This document shows positions 33,383 through 44,942 of a DNA stretch of 44,942 nucleotides, piece after piece. The position numbers were made by a program, and so were the translations under genes. This DNA is from Octopus sinensis (Eukaryota), in contig NW_021834844.1 in assembly GCF_006345805.1 (NCBI RefSeq), positions 1 through 44,942 of the forward strand. The letters are read 5' to 3'. Numbering within the stretch: position 1 is the first letter of the stretch; each line of letters opens with the position of its first letter. The notes beneath the pieces were generated by a model that was not told the origin of the DNA, searched no databases, and was given only the letters and a program-made list of their open reading frames with translations.

Positions 33383-35750
33383 CCATGAATTACTACACAA
33401 AGAAATTACTAAGAAATATGAAATTGTACCTTTTAACACACTTAGAAACTGAACCTTGAGATTAGAGAAATAATATTGGATTATTACCTAGAAGAAAAAA
33501 CGGAACCTTATACCCCCACTAGACCGAGAATCACACTCAAGGACCATAAAGAAAACTTTCTTGGTAACACGCAGGTCAGATTGATTTGCCCTACCAAATC
33601 TGACTTAGGCAGACTGAGTAAACTTATTCTGGATAAATATTTACCTGCTATACGTAACAAGATTAAACTTAACCTTTGGAAGAATACTCAAGGTGCACTG
33701 GATTGGTTTTCTGCCATAAAGGTCAGTAATAATAATAGAAGTAAATTCATCCAATTTGATATACAAAATTACTACACATCCATAAACCCTATTATATTAA
33801 ATAAGGCTTTAATTTTTGCTAGGCGACACACTAAATTAAGTATGGGAGAGATTAGGGTTATCTTAACAGCTAGGAAAACTTTAATAGAGTTTGATAACAA
33901 ACTTTGGGCTAGAAAAGACACCCAACTTGTTCGACATCACCATGGGATCGCCGGATTCAGCGGAAGTGACTGATCTGGTTGGGATGTACTTACTAGATAA
34001 CATTAGTAGAGAATTCCCTGAATTAAAAGGAGGACTATATAGGGATGACGCTTTATTTTTGGTAAATAATACATCAAATAGGAGACTGGATCTACTGAAA
34101 AAAAGACTAAATGAATTTTTTAATAGTTTTGGCCTATCCATAATTATTGAAAATGAAAACTATTCTGCCAATTATTTGGATGTCAATTGCAACCTTACTA
34201 ATGGGATGCATGAACCTTATATTAAACCCAATTCTAACTTAGTATATATAAACCGTTCTAGCAATCACCCCCCTCAAATTAAAAGATCACTAGTGCGTAG
34301 CATTAGTCAGAGAATCTCTTATCTATCCTCAAACGGGGACATTTTTAATAAGCATTGTGATAGATATAATACAGCATTGCTGAAAGCAGGCTACAAAAGT
34401 AAAATATGGTATATACCCAAGGATAATCCTTCAAATACAGGTGGAACTATTAAGAACAACAACAATAAATTTAAGACAAACAATAACAAATGTAGGATTA
34501 GGAAAAATAGTATATATAAAAACACATATGATAATTATAGAGATGTTGGTAATCTCGGAGCTGTTGACGTTAGTTTAAATAAATTAGCGCACATAAGTGA
34601 TGGTAGTAATATTAATAATATGCATATCAAAACTAATGGTAGGTATGATAATAGTAAAGTTTATTTACGCAATAATTATGGTAATATTGATAATGATAGG
34701 CATAACAATGACAATGTTAAGGATAGTAAACATGGGATGGAGGAGGAACAAGGTTTTTACTAAAAATAACAATTTGATAGGCAACCCTAATACTGATAAG
34801 GATACACTATGGCTGATAATCCCATATGCATTGCAGATAAAAACAGACATAGTTAGAGCTTTGCACAATGTAATATTTAGGCATTTTGGTTAGGGTAAGA
34901 ATAAATTTGGTCATTTAATTAACAATGGAACTGTTAGAATAGGATATAGCATTACACATAATTTAGCCACCATCATCTCCTCATTTAATAACAGGAAACT
35001 GGATTACTTCTATAATGATAGAAAGTTGAATTTAGATAATAGTAATTTGCCTCTCTATAATCGTAAGAACAATATTTCTTTTGGAGCTAACACGAACAAC
35101 CCCCTTGCAAATTATGATGGTACCGTACCTGTAAGGAAAAATATTAATGTAATAGATGATACCACTACCACTAATACTATTACTATTGATAGGAATATCG
35201 CCAATAATGATAAATCAAATCATTCGTTGAATTTGGGATTGGATAGTAAAAATAATTGTAACACTATTAATGGGAATAGTGTTACAGAAATTTTGGCCAA
35301 TGTTAGATCACCCCAACCTGTTGATAACTGTAATTGCAGAAACAGAAATCAATGTGTGTTTGGTAATTAATGCCTCAAGAAAGAGGTAGTTTATCAATGC
35401 ACTGTGGATACACAATTTAGTAGTAGGGTATACATCGGAGCAACTATGAATAGCATGAAACAGAGACTTAATTATCATAGATATACTTTTAGAAATAAAA
35501 ATAGGATGTACTCTACGGGGTTAAGTGCGTATATTTGGGAACTCAAAAGTAAGAACTTAGATTTTAAATTAAATTGGAAAATACTAACTTCTGCACCTGT
35601 ATATAATGGAAAAAATAAAAAAATGCTCTCTATGTATTAATGAAATTTTTTTCATTATCAAAGCTGGTAGGCCTATTATTAATAATATTAATGAAAAAAA
35701 TATTTTTTTGCATTCATAAACTACCGTACACTTTCTCTAGATTTAAATAG
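33382..35750 (+). pseudogene. Penelope-like RT + GIY-YIG endonuclease ORF, disrupted
   Basis: ITLKDHKENF..RLICPTKS, QFDIQNYYTSI, FDITMGSPDSAEVTDLVG, GLYRDDA, SNHPPQI, CNCR..C..C, VYQC..YIGAT, LS.YIWELK, KCSLC, CIH. Several frameshifts, plus TAG/TAA in the linker and zinc-finger region. Confidence 0.9.
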
Positions 35751-38167
35751 AACTTAGCTTTTCTAGTAGTAATATTTTAACTCTCCTCTGTATCTAATTA
35801 TACTAGTAGTCTTCTACAATTTTAAAACATGCAACTTATAAATTTATAATTTTATAATTTTGTAGCTACACATGTATATAAATATATATGTTCTGTATTA
35901 ATTGTTTTTGGTTTTTGGTTTTTTGTCCTGGTTTATAAGGGAAATACACTGCGGCAAGAAAGAATATATACATTTTGGTATATACACAGTAATATGATAT
36001 TCTTAGAGATTTCCAAAATTGCAGAGTGTGTATGAGTATCATAGTTGGATACCTGGTTTTAGATACTGTAATACTAATATGTAATAAATGTGAGTCTATA
36101 TTGGATTTTGTTTGTTTTGGATGAGTATATGGGTTTTTGGCAGGCTTCTATATTGTATATTTAGTGTATCTTTGTACTCATCTAAATTTGTATCTTATGT
36201 TATTTATTAATAAACCTATTCATTTACTTACATTTGGCTTTATACATATTAGCAGTCTTATATATTTAGTCTATATTTGTACTCATCTTGATTTGTACAT
36301 TATGTTATTTATCTATTTATTTATTCATTATCTATAGGTAAATGTTTACATAATAGTAGCCTGGATACTAAGTTTATATATGTACTTTTTTCAATGTATA
36401 TTTTTCATTTTATTTTATGTTATTTATCTATCTATCTATTCTTTTATGTATATGTGGATATATACATATTAGCAGTACTATATATTAGGTTTACCTTTGT
36501 ATTTATCTTAATTTGTATTCTATGGTATTTATCTATTTATTTATTCATTTATTTATTTATTTATATGTATATATATATATACATATATATCCATTATTTA
36601 TTATAATAAAATATATATACATGTATACTAGCTTGTACTTATATTTTCATTTTAATTTTAATTATTTCATCTTATTTTATTCTATTACATTTTAATCTTA
36701 AGTAATTATAATTATTAACTTATAATTAATTTAATTTTTGTTATTTACTTATATACTATTTTATTGGTAAGTCCTCCACTGATATTATTTAATGCCAAAT
36801 CCTGTTAATTATTACATTTGTATTTATGTGTCCACTGATGCTCAAAAATATATTTATATATAAGTACTATGAATGTTTACACGCACATCACATGTGAAAA
36901 TATATGGTGTGTATGTGTATGTCTGTTGTTACACATGAGTATACATATGGGCATGTAGATGTGAGTGTAATTCTATTAGTTCGTTGGTAAGGGTTTTAAT
37001 AGATAAATATTAGTATTATAATAACATTGGATTTATTACGTAAAGATGATATCTATTTATACTATAAGGAGTTATTTTGTTTATATATCCTAGAATATTA
37101 GCGTATTTTGACTTCTTACAATTAATCTCTTATAATTTAATTATTATAAACCGATGTTAACTTAGTATATATATATTTCTATGTCTTTTGATAGTCAAAC
37201 GGAAATGTTTAATATATACTTTATAATTTAGCGTATGTTTGAATATAGCATATAGCGGTTAAGTTAGCAGACTTTTAGTTATAAAACACTATGGTTACGA
37301 AAAATACGGTGTCATATGAATTATGTACCTTATGAAAAATTACATTCTCTATCTTGATATAATTATATGTATCTTTGCATTTAATGTTTTATGGAAATAT
37401 GTGAGTGGATCTTCTTCGTTAATACCGCGGCCTTGGTGTCGTTTTGGGGGGGCTGGATGTCTGCATGCATGTATGTGCAATCGGTTGGGTTCCTCTGTTT
37501 TTTCCATGTGTATAGTTACGAGTATACCTCTTATATTATTTATTTATTTATGAGTTGGCTGTGTATGTGGCTATGTATGTGTGTATGTGTGTGGGTGTAT
37601 GTGTGTGTGTATACATATAATTATGTATGTATGTGCGCAGGATCTGTGGATGTGCGTGTGCGTATGTGCGCTTCTTGGCTAACTAACCGTAAAATTTCCA
37701 TTGTGATTCAAATTTAAAACTATAAGCCAATCGAATCTACCTAGGAAAATCAATATCAAGCGGATAGATGGATTCGACTCATTGAGTATATATGTGGATG
37801 CCCGCTTGCTTTACATGGTACAATCATGGTTGTTATTATTATTATTATTGTTAATATTAATATTAATTTTATTGACTTTTTTGTAGGGTTATACATTTTA
37901 ATGAACTGGACTGTTCTATATATATATGTCTGCTTTAAATTTAAATGTGAGTGTACATGTATTTCCTTGATGTTGGTTATGGAACTATGAGTCCAATATG
38001 GAAAATAACTGTGTTTGTTAATGTATACTGATATATTTTGTTTGTATTGTATTAATGTGTATATATATATATATATATATATGCGTAGAATTATGAGTGT
38101 CTATGCACACATTTTTATATTTTATATTTTATATTTATATGTAAATTTTTTCACACTTATATTAAAT

Positions 38168-38278
38168 TCTCTGAAGAGGCCGTGAGACATCCTTGTTAAT
38201 GTCTCAGTTATACCTGCTTTATATGGCTAATAGGTTTAATGAGACATACCTGTCTTCACGGCCGAAACAGCTGTCAGA
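38168..38278 (+). ncRNA. Type I hammerhead ribozyme with canonical core and large branched stem II
   Basis: TCT-CTGAAGA-GGCCGTGA..(~70 nt)..TCACGGCC-GAA-ACAGCTGT-C|AGA. 8-bp stem II, palindromic stem III, GUC cleavage after 38275. Confidence 0.85.
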
Positions 38279-38443
38279 TATGATGTAATTGTATTTTCTA
38301 TTTCTATTTCCATGTCTAGTTATATTTGCAATATATTATGTATAATGTCATTGCTGTTATGTAATGGTTTAATAAAGTATTGATTGGGTATTATCTGATG
38401 GTTGATGATTGATTTAGGTATGTTTCTCCATTTTCTCATTTTG

Positions 38444-38575
<132 letters not shown>

Positions 38576-38903
38576 TGTGTCTGTGTCTGTATCTGTGAGT
38601 GTGTATAAAACAAGCAAAGTAGCAAGTCAGAAAATCTCTAGAGGAGATGAATGTAGTAACTATACCGAGAAGAAATATTTATCACCACATCAGCATGGCT
38701 GTTCCATAGGAATCGATATTACTACCGTTCAAACACCAGGAGTATCCGCTTCCAGTTGTTTATCGATGCAGTCTGCACCCGTAATATATTGCAAGCTGAG
38801 AAGCAAATCCTTACTACCCTCTAGCAGACGACGGCATCCCGAGACCACACGTTTTCTGACTATTTGTGGCCATTGTCAGTGGTGAACAATCGGCCGCTAT
38901 ATA

Positions 38904-39402
<499 letters not shown>

Positions 39403-39406
39403 ATAT

Positions 39407-39446
<40 letters not shown>

Positions 39447-39450
<4 letters not shown>

Positions 39451-39630
39451 TAATCCAAACAAGAAAACACAGAAAAAAAGAGAAAAAACACAGCAACGCG
39501 AGGACGTGGAACAATTAAAGTATTATTGACGCTCAGGAAAGAAGGGAAGGAGGGTTTAACGTTTCGAGCGGAGCTCTTCGTCGGAAACAAGAAGAAGGAA
39601 AGATCCCAAGGAGGGAAGACAGAGGAGACA
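39447..39630 (-). mobile_element. Penelope-like pLTR fragment with hammerhead-like motif at 39554-39588
   Basis: Minus: GTTT-CCGACGA-A-GAG-ctccg-CTC-GAA-ACGT-T-AAAC; homologous to 21066-21272. Confidence 0.7.
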
Positions 39631-40145
39631 ATATTTGAGCTGGTGGTGCTTAAGAGATCACATGTTGAAAGAACAGAATTTGGAGGTAGTTGAAATATGG
39701 TTTTATAATGCAAGACAGTTCCAAAAAAAGGAATGCCTGTGTGTGTGTGTGTGTGTGTGCAAGATGACAAGTGTGTTTGTGCGTGCGTGTGTGTGTGTAT
39801 TTTTGGTGAATAAGGGCAATGACAAAGCCAGCTGTCATGATGACTACTAGCCGTTTGTGTCAAGCCAGGTCAAAGCTGGGTCATAAAAACAAAGGGCTAT
39901 AGAGTGTATGTATGTACGTGTACGTGTGCGCGTGTATGTGTGGGTTTGTATGTGTTTGTGTGTATGTGTGCGTGCGCGGATAGGTGTATATTGTGTATGT
40001 ATATCTGTCGGTGTGTATGTGAGTTTGTGTGTGTTTGTACGTGTGTTTGTGTGTGTGAGTGTATAGTATATATATATGTAAATGTGTGTGTGTGTACGTG
40101 CGTGTGAGTGAATGTATGTATATATGTGTGCGTGTGTGTACAATG

Positions 40146-41038
40146 TAGGGGCTGGATCTTTTCAATTCTGAAGGCAGGACCACAGATCTTTCTACTTAAC
40201 TAAATAATCTGAAACTTCGTATGCTGATAGAGTCTAGCAAAACAAGACACAGGTTGGAACTAGTTTATTTGAGAAAAATCTATTTTATAACTTTAATCGT
40301 AGATTAAAACTGCGAATTTTAACCAATCAGATTGTTTGTTTTCATGTGTAAAACTTGACTGCATTCTATTAGTGTGACGTAGAAAGCGCTTTTGTGACGT
40401 ACTAACGTTCGTTTGAAAACTGTAAACAAACACAGACGAAATACGGCTACGCATTTCGCCCGGCGTGCTAACGTTTCTGCCAGCTCTTTGCTTTTTTAAT
40501 ATTAAATTTCTTGCCTTTTGCACAAATAAATACAATAAGTGAAATGAAACGCATTAGCTTAGAAACGAAATCTTGTTAGAAGCCTCGTCACTGAGATGCC
40601 ACTTCTTAATAGCAAACGAAAGCAAGTACTAACAGAATGGAAACATTTTCAATTTAATACATGTGGCTTATTAACTAGTTTTAAATATTGTTATTAGAAG
40701 GTGGCTGACTATAGGATCCTGGAAACATGAGTACTTTAAATAATTAGAAGGAGATTTCACGGAGGATGCGGTCTGTTTACATTTAAGATGTTTAATACGT
40801 CACCAAATTGGTGGTCGAGACGGAGTAAATAAAATAAAGCCGAATGACGGAATATCATTGGTTAAAATTCTAATTATTAAACAACGTTAAACTTAGAAGT
40901 TACAATTCCGTTTTCATTCTGGTTTACAATTAAGTTTACTTTTGACACATTCTACCAGTATACGAAGTTTCAAATTGTTTGGTTCAGTAGGAAAAATTTG
41001 AAAAAACTGGCTTCAGAATTGAAAAGATCCTAGGGGCT

Positions 41039-41040
<2 letters not shown>
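40146..41040. mobile_element. Non-autonomous TIR element (~890 bp) with nested SINE-B head (40430-40487)
   Basis: Perfect 20-bp inverted repeat GGATCTTTTCAATTCTGAAG (40154-40173) / CTTCAGAATTGAAAAGATCC (41011-41030). Confidence 0.7.
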
Positions 41041-41080
<40 letters not shown>

Positions 41081-41098
41081 TAATAATAATAATAATTA

Positions 41099-44000
41099 AT
41101 TCTTTTTTATTGGCCACAAGGGCTGACACGCATGATTTGAAACATGAAGGGACAATACAGGACGAAAGGTTACAAAGGGTTTTGTCCGTTTTTGAAAAAC
41201 ATCGAGTAAAAACTTAATAACATTTAAAAAATTTAACAATGAAAATCTCCCAAAAGGGGGAGGCGCTAAGAAAGGTTCCTGGTGGAAAAAACCCCACAAA
41301 AGCCAACGGGAGCCTGGTCAAAAAAAGGGGGTGTAGAGAGTCCCTTTTTTCTCCTTTTATATTACCCTTTTGAAATCACAGGCGAAACCTGAGAACTGGT
41401 CCATTTATACTGGCCAGTCTCGCACAATTCACCCACCTTTCATAAAACTTGCTATCGGACAGCACTTTCCTCTCTAACCTCATCTTCCTTTTCAAGTGAA
41501 ACTTGAAAAAGTTGATGAGGCCTTGACCAAAGAGGAAAGTGTCTGACTTTAGCCCTTTCAAACGAGTCCACCACACAACTTCTTTCGCCACAGCCACTAG
41601 GCACAAGAAAACGGCCTCGCCCTCCTTGTTAAATGAGGTCGGCGGGGCATTCTTCACTATGGATTCGGCCGATAGTCGGATCCGTCCCGCACGTGACAGT
41701 AGCTGTTCGACATAAACCCATATTTCAGCAATACTCGGGCACTGGACGAGCGTGCAGAACGGTTTCGTCGTCCTGGCAACACCTCGGGCAGGCCCGGCTG
41801 ACGGCACTTCCGTGCCGGTAGAGTTTATCTCGTACAGGCAGAGCCCCTCGGTAGCACTGCCAGGCGAGCGACCTCTGGAAATTATCCATCGGCCCCGGCC
41901 CGAAAGTCCTCCCGAACAGACCGCACAGTTCGTCATCTTCAACGCCTAGAGTTTCCCCGAGAACGTCGTCGCATTTTTCCTCCACTAACCCTCTATAGAA
42001 CGCTAGAGTGGAGCTGTAACCGATCGCATTGCCCGCCTGACGGAGGGCGGAGAGGGCTTGACGGCACTCGAGGTGCCAAGCGCCCTTTCTCGGTCTACGT
42101 TTGATCGAGGTCTGCAGCTCCGTCAAAGAGACGAGCTGCGGAAAATCGCGTCTTACAAAAGACGACCACACCTGTTCACCGTCTAGGAAGCGCTTGAGAT
42201 GCCGCAGCCTGAGCGCATGTCTGCGCAACAGCAACCACGGCATTCCAAGGCCTCCGTTCAGCGGTCGTTGACAGCAGATGGATCGCCTGACCAGTGGCAC
42301 CTGACCCTTCCACAAAAAGTCGATGAGCTGGCGTACCAGCTTGGCCAGCCAGCGGTCGGGACAAGGGACGACGGTCAAGCAGTAATAGATGACGGATGCG
42401 ATGTACGCATTTGCCACCTCCGCTCGACCTTTCAGGGACAGCTTCCTCTCGGCCCATTTCTGGGTGAGACGTGCCACCCTGCTCGTCACCTCTTCCCAGT
42501 TCTTATCCACCTGGAGGTCCGGACCGAACCAGACTCCGAGCAGTTTAACGGGTCCGTCTGTCCAGCGCCCTACGACGCTGTTGGACGGCATGGGCTTGCC
42601 TCTCCAGGTGCCCAGTTGCAAGCCCACAGACTTTTCCGCGTTAATCTTTGCCCCTGTCACCGCTTCGTACTGGTTTAGTGTCTCGCCAATCAGGCCAATG
42701 TGCCTGTGGCTCGACACCACCACGGTGACGTCGTCGGCATAAGCAGACACGCTGTTTCCGCCTCCTAGATCGCGCGGGATACCCCTCAAAGCCTCCAACT
42801 TGCGCAGTAATGGCTCGAGAGTCAAAATGTACAAGAGGGAGAGAGGGCATCCTTGGCGGACCGAACGCGAGATGTCGAACGGTTTCGAAAGGTGACCGTT
42901 CACCCGTATCACCGAGCAGATGTTGCTGTATAAAGCAGCTATCCACCCGCGGAAAACTGGACCGAAGCCGGCTGCCTTGAGGACAGCTGCCAGGTACCGA
43001 TGGTCGACCCTATCGAAGGCTTTGCTCTGATCCAAGTTGATCAAAGCCCCACCCGCGCCAGCGTCGTTACCCACCCTCTCTATGATGTAGCGCATGAGAT
43101 GGAGGTTGTCGTGTATCGACCTGGTCGGCACGGCGCATGTCTGCGTCTTGCCGACCAGCTTGTCCTCGACAAGCGCCAATCTCTTGGCTAGCACCTTGGC
43201 CAAAATCTTCAACTCTGTATTGAGCAGAGGGATGGGCTGGAAATTCCCTATAACGTCCCCCTTGTTTGGGTCCTTCTTCAGCAAAGCCACCACTCCTCGA
43301 CAGACAAAAGCAGGAATTCTCCCGTTTTGCTGCCAGTTGCAGTAGACGTTTGCCAACAGGCCCGCAAACAAGTCTGGCATTGAAAAGTAAAGCTCGTAGG
43401 GCAGACCATCCAAACCCGGCGATCTACCTCTCGTGCAACTCTTCATCGCTTCTTCCACTTCCAAGGCAGATATCGGTCCTTCGCAGCACTCTGCCTCGCT
43501 GTCCGAGAGTTGCGGCAGTCCGTCCAGGTACACACCGAAGTCTGTACCGTTGGTGTCCGTTCCACCGCTCGTCCCAAACAGTTGAGCAAAGTGCCGCTGA
43601 AGCACCGTACACATCTGCTTCGGTTCGGTAACCTCGCGCCCGTTCTGGTCCACCAAAGACCGAATGGTTGCTTTGTTGCCTCGCTTCGCCTCCGCCACAG
43701 GGACCCATCGAGCGGCTCTAGTCCCCTCCCCGCTTAGCGAACGTGCCTTAGCTCTGACAACGCAGCCTTCGTGTTTGGCGTCGAAGTGTTGGTCGAGGGC
43801 CAACCTTGCCGCCAACACGTCGGTCGCGATGCCAGTGTCAAGAGCCTCGTCTAGTTTCTTAACTAAATCCCGCTCTCTCTTCCTACGTTCAATAGCTAGA
43901 GTCTTACTATACCTAATCGACTCTACTCTAATTGCTCTCTTGAGGGCAAACCACCAGTTGTTGTTGATGATTGCCCCCGTGAGCGCCCGCTTAACTAGTA

Positions 44001-44942
44001 AACTAATCCGGTGTCTGTAAGCTTTGCACGCCGTTAACGACGCGTTCAGCTTCCAGTAGCCGGGTCCCTGTCTTTGTAGCCTATCTAAGTCGACCGTACA
44101 GATCAGTAATTTGTGGTCCGTATATTCGACTAGGTGGAATTGTGGACACCCTACGCTGTCCTTATCCGCTGGCCTACAAAATACTCTATCTAAGTACGAT
44201 CTAGACGACCCGATGCGATTGGTCCAAGTCCACATTGGCACATTCGGGTTGTCTAGTCGAAACCTGTCGGACAGCTGAAAGCGGCCGAGTAGGTTGGCGA
44301 GGCTCTTGCACCCTCCCCCTCTCCTATCAGACGCTCCCCTGCCCACCCGATCGAAACGTTCGTCTAAGACAGCGTTCCAATCCCCAACTAGCACTAGAGT
44401 GCGTGACGTTCCAGGAAAACTTCCAGACGTTTGAAATAATCCGACTGCCCTGCTCCTGTCGGAGCGTAGGCAGCCAGCAGTCTGAAAGCACCGCCGTCAC
44501 TACCGTCGACGTCGAGGACCACCAACTTACCTTCCGGATCCAAGAAGACTGTCCTTATTTTCAAGTCCAGGCCCTTCCGAAACAACACCGCAGTACCACC
44601 ACCGCCCGCTCCCGGCCGACACGAAGATAGAAATATCTCGTATCCGCCGAAAAGGCCTCGAGTTCCTGCGGGTCGGAGAGCCTGGTTTCACTGATGGCTG
44701 CTACATCCACATCATGAAACCTCAGGTCGTTTAACAGGTGACCCTGTTTCCAAGGTGACCCGAGGCCTCTCACATTCAAGCAACCGATTCTAAGATTTGC
44801 CATGCTTCAAAAGTAGGGGGGAAAAAAAGGAGAAGAAAAAGGCTCTACTTACTGTTGTTGGTGGTGGGGGTGGCTCCCTTGTGCTTTTGCACGGGTGCTT
44901 CCAAAATATTTTTGTACAGTTTCTTAGAGAAACTTTTCCCTA
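41099..44942 (-). mobile_element. Tx1/L1-clade LINE (ORF1 end, ORF2, 3' UTR), runs off the right edge
   Basis: ORF1 C-terminus ..APVQKHKGATPTTNNSK* (stop 44845-47), 41-nt spacer, ORF2 from 44803, 3' UTR to 41101 abutting (TTA)n. Confidence 0.93.
41376..44803 (-). CDS. Tx1-type ORF2: APE endonuclease - RT - CCHC zinc knuckle (3 frameshifts as given)
   Basis: LNVRGL, ISETR, GDWN, TDH, GYWKLN, SPGLDG, LDQSKAFD, RQGCPLS, YADD, CPRC..ETVLH..C. Frameshifts near 44655, 44410 and 41748; no in-frame stops once corrected. Confidence 0.92.

Noticed and set aside
33382-35750. Selenocysteine-encoding (Naiad-type) Penelope ORF
   Set aside because: The zinc-finger Cys codons are all TGT/TGC. The TGA near 33450 disappears with a 1-nt frame correction, the other stops are TAA/TAG, and no convincing SECIS was seen.
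41633-44630. Plus-strand and alternative-frame ORFs over the Tx1 element
   Set aside because: Expected shadows of a GC-rich ORF2; no independent motifs.

Overview
AT-rich, microsatellite-dense eukaryotic DNA, most likely Octopus (inferred from recalled cephalopod SINE families; not database-verified). One host gene is recoverable by hand: a minus-strand adhesion GPCR absent from the ORF track except for one exon. It has seven well-supported exons (GAIN 32671-32799, GPS 31282-31431, TM1 29530-29651, TM2 26958-27080, TM3-4 23093-23234, TM4/ECL2 21944-22019, TM5-7 20287-20678), a candidate terminal exon ending ETNL*, and a 1-nt frameshift in the TM2 exon. The rest is transposon-derived: tRNA-headed SINEs (including a 10-unit tandem array and a dimer with its own TSD), a dead mariner, CR1/RTE/R4/HERO-like LINE fragments, MITEs, a 5-kb Penelope-like element (RT + GIY-YIG) and a nearly intact Tx1/L1-clade LINE at the right edge. 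Two observations stand out. First, there is a set of Penelope-associated type I hammerhead-ribozyme motifs with natural core variants, including a compensatory G3-C8 swap. Second, the most abundant SINE shares its 3' tail with the Tx1 LINE, suggesting a SINE/LINE partnership that also mobilises SINE multimers. All structural and alignment statements were made by eye; no computation or database search was run.
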